IMG/VR virus record: IMGVR_UViG_3300018068_000002
Span: 1-64,000 of that record
Length of the DNA stretch: 64,000 nt
DNA from: a virus
Taxonomy: Duplodnaviria > Caudoviricetes
Strand: one strand, 5' to 3'
Part shown: positions 38,680 to 49,272 of the stretch, piece after piece
Position numbering within the stretch: position 1 is the first letter of the stretch
Layout of the letters: every line of letters starts with the position of its first letter
The notes under the pieces: model-generated
What the model saw: the letters and a program-made list of their open reading frames with translations, nothing else
Database searches by the model: none
Told to the model about the DNA's origin: nothing
Made by a program: the position numbers and the translations under genes

Positions 38680-39450
38680 TTAAGTAAGGTTAGAACTGAT
38701 ATCAACTGTAGGTTCGCCAATGTCATATTTAACAAGACTCATCATAGTTCCATTTTCAGCTTTAAGAACAGTAATAGTCATATCAAAAACAGTAGGATCA
38801 CCTTCCGCTTCCATTGATAATGTAACTTCCGAACTAATTTTTGCTTTTGGAATAATGAATTGGAAACCTTCATCTAAACCTGTCTTTTTATTTCTAATAA
38901 CAGTATCTCCAATAAGAGTATAAGTTCCAGGAAATCTATTAGGTGAAATAACAATTTCATAAACTCCAGTTGTACTTACATTATATACTGCACGAACAAC
39001 ATCACCAGAACTTCCACCAGTTGTAATACTATAATATGTTGTTCCTTTTAATGCTGTTCCAGCAGCTTCAAGAATATAAACACCAGTTGTAGAAGCTGGG
39101 GTATATTTTGGAACAAATGTTGAACTATCTCCAAGAGTTACAAGTTCAGCTTTTCTAATATTTTTTGCAACGGTGTGATCAATAACATCATCTTCATGTG
39201 ATGTAAGTAATTCAAGTGATTTCATTGACATTAATGCATCTTGAAGAGTAACAGTAATTTCTTTACCATAATCCCATGAAATGAGTTTTGGATTACCTTT
39301 TCCACCACGAGCATCAGTTGTTTCAGCAGTTTCTTCAATATTTGAAACTTTTAAGGTATCAAAATACATAACTGGTGTGCCAGTTGAATCATAGAGAATT
39401 ACATCGGCAACTTCTTTAATACCATATTGTTGAAATATATTTGTGGCCAT
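38680..39450 (-). CDS. Major tail tube protein
   Basis: Position; YGIKEVADV, YFDTLKVSNIE, ARGGKGNPKLISWDY, MEAEGDPTVFDM; followed by a terminator. Confidence 0.8.
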   Translation of the reverse strand: MATNIFQQYGIKEVADVILYDSTGTPVMYFDTLKVSNIEETAETTDARGGKGNPKLISWDYGKEITVTLQDALMSMKSLELLTSHEDDVIDHTVAKNIRKAELVTLGDSSTFVPKYTPASTTGVYILEAAGTALKGTTYYSITTGGSSGDVVRAVYNVSTTGVYEIVISPNRFPGTYTLIGDTVIRNKKTGLDEGFQFIIPKAKISSEVTLSMEAEGDPTVFDMTITVLKAENGTMMSLVKYDIGEPTVDISSNLT

Positions 39451-39469
39451 TATTTAGTCCTCCTATAAT

Positions 39470-40192
39470 TTATTGAATACTTTGTATCCAATCTTGTAAA
39501 TTTATTTTTTTAGGGTCTGCACCAGCCATTATAGACTGCAACCCAGTATTATATTGTTCAAGAATTCTCATTCTTTTAAATTGATCATTAAAAGCATAAT
39601 AAGAAATATTCCAAATGTTGTCAATATTTAATGATGAATTTACAGCTAATGAAGCTATAAGATCTGCTAATTCAATTTTATTTTCATCATATAAATTTTT
39701 TAATTCTTGAATTTTTTTTCTTCCCTTTTCTAATTTTTCTTTTATTCTTCTAGCTATTTCATCTTCTCCACGAAACTCAACTTTTTGATCTGTCAAAAAA
39801 TTTTGTGTTTGTAAAATAAATTGAAATTCATTAAAATTATTTTTGTTTAATGTCCTATTATCTTCAAATTTTCCTATAATAAAACATTCTAAATCAGGGA
39901 CTAATAATATATCTTCACGAATAAAAATTTTTAATGCTTGCATAAACTCATTTTTAAAAAAATCATTGCCAACACAGTTTAATAAAATAAAATCAAAAGA
40001 ACTAACACTTTCTTTCCCAATAACTCTTTTAACTTCTTCTTTTGATATTGTTAGTAAGTTTAAATATTTAAAAAATTTTTCACTCCCAAGTATTGCAATA
40101 TCTTTTAAGGTAAATGGATAGACTAAACATGTAAAATCAGACATTTCAATTGGAACACCAGCTAATAATTTTAATTTATCAATTGAATTCAT
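39470..40192 (-). CDS. Conserved virion-morphogenesis protein
   Basis: Position between neck and tail tube genes. Confidence 0.6.
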   Translation of the reverse strand: MNSIDKLKLLAGVPIEMSDFTCLVYPFTLKDIAILGSEKFFKYLNLLTISKEEVKRVIGKESVSSFDFILLNCVGNDFFKNEFMQALKIFIREDILLVPDLECFIIGKFEDNRTLNKNNFNEFQFILQTQNFLTDQKVEFRGEDEIARRIKEKLEKGRKKIQELKNLYDENKIELADLIASLAVNSSLNIDNIWNISYYAFNDQFKRMRILEQYNTGLQSIMAGADPKKINLQDWIQSIQ

Positions 40193-40664
40193 TGTTTACA
40201 AATACCATTGAATATCCTGCATAATATGGGGATAAAACTACTCTTTCCGCGCCAACAAATTTTAGTGTTCCTACACCATTTAATCTACATCCATTTATCA
40301 TTGATTTAACTTCTTTCATAATTGAAAAAGGTCTTAAATTATTCGAAGTTGCCCATTCATCAATAGGACAAATAACATCTATTCTTACTACCGAATCTAA
40401 GAATTCTTCATTCTCACCATTTACATTAAAATCATCAAAAAGTAAAACTAAGAAACTTCCTTTTACATTTTCAAAATCAGGTATTTTAGGGACATAAATA
40501 ATATTTTTAGTTATAAGAATTTCTGGATTTTCTAAATCATCTTCTATTAAAGGATTATTACTTGTATAATACAATAATTTACAAAGATTTGAATTTGCCA
40601 AAAGCATATTAGCCATTGTTATTAAATTTTGTCCAATAACATTAAAATCTCTTTGATTTGACAT
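40179..40664 (-). CDS. Putative tail terminator/completion protein
   Basis: Position and size; IDVICPIDEW pattern. Confidence 0.55.
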   Translation of the reverse strand: MSNQRDFNVIGQNLITMANMLLANSNLCKLLYYTSNNPLIEDDLENPEILITKNIIYVPKIPDFENVKGSFLVLLFDDFNVNGENEEFLDSVVRIDVICPIDEWATSNNLRPFSIMKEVKSMINGCRLNGVGTLKFVGAERVVLSPYYAGYSMVFVNNEFN

Positions 40665-40668
40665 ATTA

Positions 40669-41871
40669 TCACCATATACTTACAACAGTAATGTCTTTAG
40701 TTATATCACCATATATTGTTGTAGCCTTTAATGTTACTACTCCTGTTAAACCACTCGTATTAGCTATGAGAGTACAAGATGTATTATCATAAGACGAAAT
40801 AGTAACAAAATTATTTGAGTTATTTAATAATGTAAAAGTTGAATTAATTTCTACTGGAGTATTTCCAATATGGTGAAATACTGTATATGTTCTAGTTCTT
40901 CCCCACTTAATATTCTCATCACCAACAATAAGTAATATATTAGTAATATTAGATGTACTAATAATATTTATATTGCAAGTTGTTGATAGTAATGAATTAG
41001 AATCTGAAATTATAAGGACTCCAGAACCATTTGTTATTCCAGTAATAGTTAAATTATTAATATTATAGTAAACAGGATTATCAACTGTTGAAAGAACAAA
41101 TGTTGCTCCCTCAATTCTTTCTCCATTTTTATATAGAATTGGAGTAAACGTAAAACTTTCTCCAGTTTCAATTGACAAACTAGTAATACCTATATCTATA
41201 TATGAATTATTTAAAGTTGTATAGTTTGCGATATCTAATGAAACATTATCATCCATTCTATCTACATTATCTTCAATTAAACTCATATATAAAATTCCAT
41301 TTGCGCTTATTAAATCCTTTTCAACCATTCTCCAAGCTTCATTTTGTATAATAAATTTTTGATTTTTAGGAATAGTTTTAAAAGGAAGAATTATTTCTAA
41401 AAATTTGTTTTCCAAAGGAGTTATTAAACCATTCCAAGTTCTAAAATTATCTTCAACTTTATTTGACATAGAACTAAATAAATAACACCAACATTCATTG
41501 AGTACTCCATAATCATCAATCCACTTAAGATTATAATTACATCTAATAACAAGAACTTTATTGTAAGATTCTAAAGTTCTTTTTTCTTTTCTCAATACTA
41601 ACCAATAATCATCATACCAGAGAGTTAAGTCTCCAACTGAAACAGTTATATCAAGTGGAATAAGAAAATATTTAGTTAATTTATTTTCATCTTGTTTATT
41701 ATCATGGATTGCGGCAAGAGTATCAATATTATGTATAGTTATTTGATCAGCATTTGGTGAAGTTAATAAATAATCCTCAAAATATTTTTTACCAATATTT
41801 AAATATTGTTCTTTAGAGGTCGTTCCCCACCAATTTCCTCTTTTTTTGTAAACATCATCGAAATAAGTCAT
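40669..41871 (-). CDS. Putative head-closure protein with C-terminal Ig-like domains
   Basis: Position; VGDLTLWYDDYWLV...RCNYNLKW; beta-rich C-terminal half. Confidence 0.55.
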   Translation of the reverse strand: MTYFDDVYKKRGNWWGTTSKEQYLNIGKKYFEDYLLTSPNADQITIHNIDTLAAIHDNKQDENKLTKYFLIPLDITVSVGDLTLWYDDYWLVLRKEKRTLESYNKVLVIRCNYNLKWIDDYGVLNECWCYLFSSMSNKVEDNFRTWNGLITPLENKFLEIILPFKTIPKNQKFIIQNEAWRMVEKDLISANGILYMSLIEDNVDRMDDNVSLDIANYTTLNNSYIDIGITSLSIETGESFTFTPILYKNGERIEGATFVLSTVDNPVYYNINNLTITGITNGSGVLIISDSNSLLSTTCNINIISTSNITNILLIVGDENIKWGRTRTYTVFHHIGNTPVEINSTFTLLNNSNNFVTISSYDNTSCTLIANTSGLTGVVTLKATTIYGDITKDITVVSIW

Positions 41872-42137
41872 TCATCAATCACTAATGTATTAGTTAAATT
41901 AATACATTCAAAAATTGTCTTTCTAAAGAAAAAATAGTTAAGATAGTGTAGGGAACTAATCTTCGCTCTTAATTTCCAATAATTAATTGAATTTAATTCT
42001 TCTTCAAGTCCGAGTAACTCTATATAAATCGAATCTAAATATTCTTCCCATTTTCCTTTATTTTCTTTTTCACAAAGTAAACCATAAAGATTACCTGCTA
42101 ATTTATTTTTATAGCCTGCAAAAAACTCATTACTCAA
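41868..42137 (-). CDS. Hypothetical neck-region protein
   Basis: TTG start at 42137 after AGGTGG preferred over 42203. Confidence 0.6.
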   Translation of the reverse strand: MSNEFFAGYKNKLAGNLYGLLCEKENKGKWEEYLDSIYIELLGLEEELNSINYWKLRAKISSLHYLNYFFFRKTIFECINLTNTLVIDE

Positions 42138-42594
42138 ATGAACCACCTGCGAGGTCTCTAAAATTATAAGGAGAACCATCCCTTGATCTATCGTAAGTAT
42201 CAAAAGTTTTTCTAGTCTCTCTTTCGCAAAATTCTAAACTTTTTAACAATTTATCTAAATGATTTGCCTGAGAAGAAAATTCAAAATCTCTAGTTGAATA
42301 TTGTTGTTTTATTAATCTATAAGTATTCACTTGTCGTCTAAGCCAGTGGAGTTTCATTAAAGTAGCAAGAACTTGAATTTCTGCATTCCCAAGAGTATTG
42401 GTAAAATACGATACACCGAACTCGTCAGTACTAATACCTAAACCAACTCTAGGAAACCTAAAATCAAAAATTGCCATCTTAAGAATTTGTTCCATATCCG
42501 CCAAAACAACTGAATTATTTTCTTCACGCATCCAATCGTCTTCTTCTATTCTAGCTAAGAATGCACCAAAGACTTCTGAATAAGGAGTTGCCAT
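42130..42594 (-). CDS. Putative head-tail adaptor
   Basis: MATPYSEVFGAFLARI...EIQVLATLM...W; position after MCP. Confidence 0.65.
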   Translation of the reverse strand: MATPYSEVFGAFLARIEEDDWMREENNSVVLADMEQILKMAIFDFRFPRVGLGISTDEFGVSYFTNTLGNAEIQVLATLMKLHWLRRQVNTYRLIKQQYSTRDFEFSSQANHLDKLLKSLEFCERETRKTFDTYDRSRDGSPYNFRDLAGGSFE

Positions 42595-42597
42595 AGG

Positions 42598-43086
42598 TTA
42601 TCCCTCCTTACTGGTTTTTTCATCTCTTTTCTCTCTTTGAATTTTTTCTACATCTACATGATAATTTTTTCTGATATAATCAGATTTTTCTATAGTTAAT
42701 TGTTTTGGAGTATTAATTGTAGTTTCGATAAGAATTTCAAGAGTTCCATCTGACATATTTTTCATTTTTTCAACAAATTCTGTAAATTCAGTTACGTATA
42801 ACAAACCAAGAATTTGATTTTTATCCAAAACGATTTTTTTCTCATTGTACATTTCTGGATCTTCTTCTTCTAACTCTAATTTTATCCTACAATTTTTATC
42901 TTCTATATATAGATATCCTCTATCAAAAAGATTCTTTGTATCTGGATCGTAAATGCACTTTTCTAATTCATCAAAAGGAACTTTTTGGCGCGCATTTTCA
43001 CCTTTCCAAACTCTTTCTCTTGTTTCTCCCGGTACACGGTAAAAAACAATTCCACTAACCATTTTTCTAACAACATAATTTTCCAT
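42598..43086 (-). CDS. Hypothetical protein after MCP
   Basis: ORF with RBS AAGGAG. Confidence 0.65.
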   Translation of the reverse strand: MENYVVRKMVSGIVFYRVPGETRERVWKGENARQKVPFDELEKCIYDPDTKNLFDRGYLYIEDKNCRIKLELEEEDPEMYNEKKIVLDKNQILGLLYVTEFTEFVEKMKNMSDGTLEILIETTINTPKQLTIEKSDYIRKNYHVDVEKIQREKRDEKTSKEG

Positions 43087-43107
43087 TTTTATATCTCCTT
43101 TTATCTC

Positions 43108-43136
43108 AAAAAAGGGGGAGTATTATAACTCCCCCT
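43108..43136 (-). terminator. Intrinsic terminator after MCP
   Basis: AGGGGGAGT-loop-ACTCCCCCT + T-tract. Confidence 0.75.
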
Positions 43137-43145
43137 ATTAAATTA

Positions 43146-44177
43146 TTAAGCTAAAGCGGTATTTTGAATAATACCCCAATTATTAGTATACATAATAGCA
43201 GTACCAAATTTCTTGTAGACCATCATTTCCATACTATAATCACCATGAAGTGTTCCAAAGTCATTTACATAACTAGTGCCTTCGAATACAACTTTAACGA
43301 TCTTATCTCCGCCAGTAGGAAGAACAAATGCATATTGATTATCAAGTTGATAAGCAGCATTAGTTTCATCTTCGAATGCGTTAGGAATTTCAACAATAGG
43401 AGCGCCATAGAACATAGCGATTCTACCAGTTGAACGAAGATCTTCAATATCTTGTACTGAAAGACTAGGATTTTGACCTGAAGCATAAACAACAGCGTCA
43501 CCCATTGCATTAATGAAAGGAGCAGTAGCAAAAATAACAGCGCCTTGTCCATATGTGCGAATAGTATTAACGAGTTCTCTAGTATTTGAGACTGAGAATG
43601 ATGCACCAGTTACTTTAGTATTGCTTGGACGACCAGTTGCATTGTAGGAACCAGCAAGTTCTAAAGCGATTTCTTTATAAACATCAACTTCAAGACCAGT
43701 CATAATAATTTCAATTAATTCTGCCCAATCTTCTAATCCACTGATATATCTTTCAAAATCAATACGAACTCCACCACCAGCTGCATGTGTAAATACTTCG
43801 AAATTTTCAGTGTCTAGTCTGAATGTTTCATAGATACCAGCAGGTGATACGCGACCTACAAATTGTTTTGCACGTTGACGACCTAATTTCTTTTTAAATA
43901 TTTGCTTTGCCCCTTGTGGAAGATTAATAACTTCTGCAAATTGACTCATTGTTGCTTCAATTCTTTGAGGAACAATTTCATCAACTGTAGTAGCAATTAA
44001 TTCATAAAGGTCATATTTATTTCTTTGGAATTTAAAAAAATCACCAAGGTATTTTTTTAATTCTTCTTTCAAACTTGTAGAAACATCTTTAACTGAATAA
44101 GTTTCAGAGTTTGCTACATAGCCTTGACGTTGAGTAGCATATTTTGCTAATTCGAAAATTTCTTTAGTGAAAGCCAT
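43146..44177 (-). CDS. Major capsid protein (HK97-like)
   Basis: Position after protease and decoration genes; strong codon bias; start MAFTKE at 44177 after GGAGGA; followed by a terminator. Confidence 0.85.
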   Translation of the reverse strand: MAFTKEIFELAKYATQRQGYVANSETYSVKDVSTSLKEELKKYLGDFFKFQRNKYDLYELIATTVDEIVPQRIEATMSQFAEVINLPQGAKQIFKKKLGRQRAKQFVGRVSPAGIYETFRLDTENFEVFTHAAGGGVRIDFERYISGLEDWAELIEIIMTGLEVDVYKEIALELAGSYNATGRPSNTKVTGASFSVSNTRELVNTIRTYGQGAVIFATAPFINAMGDAVVYASGQNPSLSVQDIEDLRSTGRIAMFYGAPIVEIPNAFEDETNAAYQLDNQYAFVLPTGGDKIVKVVFEGTSYVNDFGTLHGDYSMEMMVYKKFGTAIMYTNNWGIIQNTALA

Positions 44178-44193
44178 CTTAGTATCCTCCTCC

Positions 44194-44787
44194 TTATTGA
44201 GCTTTGATAACAACAAATTGTACACCAACGTCACCGTTAGGCATTGTTGTTTTCTTTATTGCTTGTAATTGAATTGTTTCTGTTCCGGCAACTGCTGTAT
44301 CAATTTGAATTGCGCCAATAGTTGAAGCATATCCATAAACAGGAGTTGTTGCGGCGTTAGTAAGTGCAGCAAGTGCTACGGCATTGTTTGCATAATCTGA
44401 AGTGTCATAACAAATGCAATTAGTAGTAAATCTTTCACCAACTGAAAGAATACCAAGACGAGGATATAATCCCTGTGCTCTATTTTGATATTTGTTTGTA
44501 GCTTCTGCTGTAAGTTTAAATGTATTTAAACCACTGGCATTTGGATCATATTCTTTTTCTGGTGAATAGTGAAGTGCAAGAATTGCATCTCCAGATATGC
44601 CAGCAGGGAAGGCAACTTCTCCGCCAACATAATCAACAGCAAGAATCATTCCGTTTTCTGCTGGTGTAGCTGTATTGAAAGCTGAGTTCAATGGAAGGTC
44701 AGCAACTACTCTACCAGTAATAGGGAAAGTAACTCTATTGAGTTCAATAGAAGCATATCCATCAATAGTAAGTCTGTTAATACTCAT
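44194..44787 (-). CDS. Putative head decoration protein
   Basis: Between protease and MCP; ENGMILAVD motif; capsid-like codon bias. Confidence 0.65.
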   Translation of the reverse strand: MSINRLTIDGYASIELNRVTFPITGRVVADLPLNSAFNTATPAENGMILAVDYVGGEVAFPAGISGDAILALHYSPEKEYDPNASGLNTFKLTAEATNKYQNRAQGLYPRLGILSVGERFTTNCICYDTSDYANNAVALAALTNAATTPVYGYASTIGAIQIDTAVAGTETIQLQAIKKTTMPNGDVGVQFVVIKAQ

Positions 44788-44808
44788 TATTTAATCCTCC
44801 TAAATAAA

Positions 44809-46080
44809 TTAATTCTTCTTATTCTTTCTAAGAATAGAAACTATCCCATTTTCATTTTCTTTGCCTAGGACTGAGACAAAATTTGTATGTTGAGGTTGAA
44901 CATCATCAGTTTCTTTGAGCATTTTATCTGCTAAAATAACAGATAATTTTGTTCTCAATTCTTCTGTAGTATATTTATCAATAGAATCAATAAATTCTGA
45001 AATTTCTTCTTCTGAAAGTTTCTTTTTAAATTGTTCAATGATAGTAGTTTTTTCATTTTTAACTGCAATTATTTTATAAGAATTAAGAGTTTCAATTTCA
45101 CTTGTTAAATTTTGAATTTTTATTTTATATTCAACAATACGACTATTTAAACCATTAATTTCTTCAACTTTTGCATTATATTCTTCAATAGAATACATTA
45201 TTGGCATTACTTCTCCACCATCATTATCTTCTGGTTGTGGATCTGGATATTCAATTACACTTTCTCTTGTTCCTGTTATAGTTATAGTTTCATTAATTCC
45301 AGTTGAATCATTTGTTCTTGTAAGAGTAGTTGTTTCATCAATTGTTTCAACTATCTTACCAAATTCATCAACTTTTTCAGTTTCAACTTGAATATTATTT
45401 TCAATTACTTCAGAATCTTTAACTTCAAACTTAGTTACTTCTCCTTCTGTAATTACTTTTGTATTTTCATCCATCTCTTCGTTTCCTCCTCCAAGATTTT
45501 TCTCATTGATTTTATTAATACTTTGAAAGAAAGAACGACTTTCTTCATCAAGGTTATAGAAGGCAGAATCTTCAAAACAAGGAAGGGTTGTTGTACCAAG
45601 AGCGCAAAGACCTTTCATAGATCCCTCTTGATAAACAAAATAATAATCCCCATTGATTACTTTCCAATCTCCCATAATGGTTGATCTTTCTAGTTCCATT
45701 GATTGACTACTATTTGGAATTTTTGAAGCTTCAGGCCAATAACTAGACCATAAAATAACATCAAAACTAGAATATTCTCTACCATCGTTTCCAATTTCCC
45801 ATCTAAAATTGGGTGATGTAGGAACAAATCCGTATGCTTTCTTATTGCCTTTATCTCCATGATCTTCAAAATCTTCTGTTTCTATATTATAGGACGCTAC
45901 AATTGGGACATGTGGAATTGACTTATTGAGTTTTTCTGCAAATTCATCTGTAATCCAAGTTCCATTACGATTGCCGCCTCTATAATAGATTCGTGCTCTT
46001 ACCTTAGAAGTTAATTCGTTTATCTTTTCTGTTTTTCCAACAAAATCAATTGAGAAAGTAGTAGGGATTGGTCTATCCAT
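44809..46080 (-). CDS. Prohead protease/scaffold
   Basis: NRNGTWI, P.VPIV, SQSMEL, LCALG...PCFE, then an acidic coiled-coil scaffold; ATG 46080 after AGGAGG. Confidence 0.75.
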   Translation of the reverse strand: MDRPIPTTFSIDFVGKTEKINELTSKVRARIYYRGGNRNGTWITDEFAEKLNKSIPHVPIVASYNIETEDFEDHGDKGNKKAYGFVPTSPNFRWEIGNDGREYSSFDVILWSSYWPEASKIPNSSQSMELERSTIMGDWKVINGDYYFVYQEGSMKGLCALGTTTLPCFEDSAFYNLDEESRSFFQSINKINEKNLGGGNEEMDENTKVITEGEVTKFEVKDSEVIENNIQVETEKVDEFGKIVETIDETTTLTRTNDSTGINETITITGTRESVIEYPDPQPEDNDGGEVMPIMYSIEEYNAKVEEINGLNSRIVEYKIKIQNLTSEIETLNSYKIIAVKNEKTTIIEQFKKKLSEEEISEFIDSIDKYTTEELRTKLSVILADKMLKETDDVQPQHTNFVSVLGKENENGIVSILRKNKKN

Positions 46081-46093
46081 GTTAATACCTCCT

Positions 46094-47566
46094 CTACATG
46101 CTCTCTTCATTTTTTATTGTTTGATCAGCCTTTTGAGATAAAGGCTTTGTTGGACGTCCTGAATCTTGCGTTGGTTTTTCACTAGTTGTGTGAGAAGATT
46201 GTAATGGAATCATTTTCTCATGAAGCATTAATATATCTGTTTCAAGTTCAATAAGATCTGGAAGTGAAGATTGTTTTACTCCAGTTACAATACTTACTAA
46301 AATTTTACTATAACCATATTGTGCAGTCTTGAGATATATATCAAGCATATCTTCTCTATTATAATGTGAGATTGGTAACAAACTCACTTCAAAATAATAT
46401 TTATTATTTTCACCATAGCGCATATTTGTTTGATAAGCAACCCAATTTACATATTGTTCTTGCATATCTAAAACAAGAGACATATCATTAAGAATTGACA
46501 TCTTAATTGCAGTTGAACTATCGGTTCCAAAAAGCAATGGAGATACTCCAGCTTCATTATATACACTACGTTCAATTTTTTCTAAATTATCACGATCTGT
46601 TGCTGTTTTACTTCCAAGAGCATGAAGATCAACTTCAGCAAATGTAGTAAGAACATCAATTCTAGGACTATTAACTAACATATCAGTAACTCCTTTGTGG
46701 AGTTCTACAGTTTCATCAATTGAAAGTAAAAAATTACCTTCTTTATCCATTGGAATTTTTTGAACTAAAATGTGTTCAAGTTCTTGTTTATCTAAATCTT
46801 TTTCTATACTCTTATATTCATCAAGATTAGCTACTGCCGGAATCATTGAAATAAAATATGGTTTATATTGATCTTGATAATAGAAAGCTACTCCAATTTC
46901 TGGAGCAACCATATGCCATCTAAAATTAGTGGTATCTTTTTTGTAATCATTATATGCTTTTGTAAATTCTTTTGGAAATTCAGCTAAAGCCTGTTCTCTA
47001 AGTAGATTATCACTAATTGCATCAAAATACGCCATATCAAACTCAAGAATATTTATATTCTGATGAGTTTTATAACGACTGCGGCAGTATTTAATAGGTA
47101 AGTCTTTAAAGACTATTTCTGTTTCACTTTTCTCTAAAAATAACCCATAGTAAGCACCATAGACCAACATTTTAAATGTCATTCTAGGAAAGTTTAATTT
47201 TGGGTTAACAACTGTATCAGCAAAAAATGTTGCTTTTTTATAGTTTTCTAAATATTTATTTGCTTTAATAGTTTTTATTGTAATTTTTTTAGGTGCTATT
47301 AAAATATCATTAGTTAGAAAAGTAGAGAAATAAGAGATAATTCTTTGATAAAGACCACTCGTACCAAGATACTTTTCCGATAATGATATAATTTGTTCTG
47401 CAGAACCATCCGCAATAAGTTGAGCAATATCTTCTGCTGTTTCAGTAGATGATAGAATTCTTTTACTAATAGATGTGGCATAAGCACTTTCATTTGTACC
47501 AACCATTTCTCGAACTTTTTTAGCAAAATTTATAAATCTATTTTCAATTTCTTCCAAATCTATCAC
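46094..47566 (-). CDS. Portal protein
   Basis: 490 aa directly after terL; AGVSPLLFG and MIPLQSSHT patterns; SPbeta-like order. Confidence 0.8.
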   Translation of the reverse strand: MIDLEEIENRFINFAKKVREMVGTNESAYATSISKRILSSTETAEDIAQLIADGSAEQIISLSEKYLGTSGLYQRIISYFSTFLTNDILIAPKKITIKTIKANKYLENYKKATFFADTVVNPKLNFPRMTFKMLVYGAYYGLFLEKSETEIVFKDLPIKYCRSRYKTHQNINILEFDMAYFDAISDNLLREQALAEFPKEFTKAYNDYKKDTTNFRWHMVAPEIGVAFYYQDQYKPYFISMIPAVANLDEYKSIEKDLDKQELEHILVQKIPMDKEGNFLLSIDETVELHKGVTDMLVNSPRIDVLTTFAEVDLHALGSKTATDRDNLEKIERSVYNEAGVSPLLFGTDSSTAIKMSILNDMSLVLDMQEQYVNWVAYQTNMRYGENNKYYFEVSLLPISHYNREDMLDIYLKTAQYGYSKILVSIVTGVKQSSLPDLIELETDILMLHEKMIPLQSSHTTSEKPTQDSGRPTKPLSQKADQTIKNEESM

Positions 47567-49272
47567 CTCCTAGGTGTATAGAAAACCATACTCATTGGAT
47601 TTTTACGATGGTTTCTTAATGTTTTAAAATGCTCCTCTTCTAATATCTTTATTCTCCAAACACCATATTCAAATGCTGAGAATTTATCTTTACCCATTCT
47701 ACTATTTATTCTTTCTAATAAAATTCCATTATAATCAGGTTTTGCACGCAAATTACACATTTCATCTAAAAGTCTACTAGTCATTTCATAAGGCATTAAC
47801 TGAGCAATACGTTCTTCTGGAGCCATTTTAGATCCCTTTTGAGTCGCTAGCAATTTGTGTTTAGCTTCTTGTTCTTTAATTAAAAATCGAATTTTTCCAC
47901 TCATTAATTCAGCAAAACAAGTGCTATGAATTTCACTATTCAATTTTGGATTCGCTTTAATAACGAAAATTTTTCTTTGACAATCACGAGGTTGTTTAGC
48001 AATATAATCTTCATCGTTAATTACACCGTAAGGTGGGTAGAAATTACCCTTTTCATCAATATTTGGTTTTATTACAAAATCAAGTAATCCAACACCAATA
48101 CCAGTACCATCAATAACTACTTGTTTAGCTTGGAATTGTTCCATAACTTTCTTAAGTTCTATTGATTGTTCTTCAAAGTGTTTATTATCTAGTATTTTGA
48201 CATTTACCAATTTTTTTAAAAAATAATCCTTTTGTGGCATAATCTTAAAAATGCAAAAAACAGTCTGTGCTACTATTCTGCCGACGTCTACACTAATTAA
48301 GTAAAACATATCTTTGTTGCTTACTACGGTTTTTGTAAATTTTTTCTCGGCATTAACTATTTTTCTATATTTTAACATACGCCCATAGTCAAACCAACTT
48401 TCACTGTTGCCGCCAGTCCAATAACTAAGATATTCTCGCGCAAAATCTCCTTCTTTAAATGTTCCAGAAATTCTTTGATCTTCAATATGTTTTCTAGATA
48501 CTAATTTATGCATCATTGGAATTCTAACATCAAGTCCCATAACAAAATTATCTTTTGGAGCTATAATACTCTTCAAAAGAACTTCAATAAGTTTTTCATA
48601 AGCATATGTTGATTTTGATCCTGCAGATGTACTATAAATTTGGGCATGTTGTGGTTCATTATCATTTATTGTTCCATTCTTCATACGACGATCAAGTGTC
48701 ATCAAAGGAAGAATAACTTGGTTAAGCATATCTTGATCATGATCGCGCACTTCGTCAATGAGGCCGCCATTACGCCGTCCACCACGTGCAGAATCTAATG
48801 CACCAACAATAGTAAACTCAGAACCGTTACGAAACCAAAGATGAACATTAGCAGAAGACATATTTTTACGTATGATCTCCTTTTCGAGGAATGGAAAAGT
48901 GCGCCATATTTCCTCAATTTTCTCTCCTGCAATAGATATGCCTTGTCCCTTTCCTGGAGCACATATAAATTGTTTTGAAGTTGGCTGGAAAATGCACCGT
49001 AAATACAAAGCCAACACTGCAAGAAATGTTTTTGATGTACCACGACCTGCTGTAATGTAAACATACGAATAGCGCATACAGGCGCGCAAGTACATCCTTT
49101 GAAAGAAATATAAAGTAAAACCACTATCTTTCGGAGTAATGAGATCAATAAATAAGTCAGGATATACCGTAAAGAGTGCCATATACTTTTGAAGTAATTC
49201 AGCATTTCCATCTATTTTCTCTTGAGTGAGCATAGCTCCTTTATCTAATTTTATATTAAAATCTCTTCTCAT
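47563..49272 (-). CDS. terL: Terminase large subunit
   Basis: Walker A AGRGTSKT, Walker B LIDEV, nuclease ISVDVGR, C-terminal KDKFSA. Confidence 0.92.
   Translation of the reverse strand: MRRDFNIKLDKGAMLTQEKIDGNAELLQKYMALFTVYPDLFIDLITPKDSGFTLYFFQRMYLRACMRYSYVYITAGRGTSKTFLAVLALYLRCIFQPTSKQFICAPGKGQGISIAGEKIEEIWRTFPFLEKEIIRKNMSSANVHLWFRNGSEFTIVGALDSARGGRRNGGLIDEVRDHDQDMLNQVILPLMTLDRRMKNGTINDNEPQHAQIYSTSAGSKSTYAYEKLIEVLLKSIIAPKDNFVMGLDVRIPMMHKLVSRKHIEDQRISGTFKEGDFAREYLSYWTGGNSESWFDYGRMLKYRKIVNAEKKFTKTVVSNKDMFYLISVDVGRIVAQTVFCIFKIMPQKDYFLKKLVNVKILDNKHFEEQSIELKKVMEQFQAKQVVIDGTGIGVGLLDFVIKPNIDEKGNFYPPYGVINDEDYIAKQPRDCQRKIFVIKANPKLNSEIHSTCFAELMSGKIRFLIKEQEAKHKLLATQKGSKMAPEERIAQLMPYEMTSRLLDEMCNLRAKPDYNGILLERINSRMGKDKFSAFEYGVWRIKILEEEHFKTLRNHRKNPMSMVFYTPRR

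Noticed and set aside
44178-44234. Longer MCP start in the ORF track (likewise 46110, 51421, 50264, 32841, 60903, 5758)
   Set aside because: Downstream starts have clear Shine-Dalgarno sequences; the upstream extensions overlap neighbouring genes or regulatory DNA.
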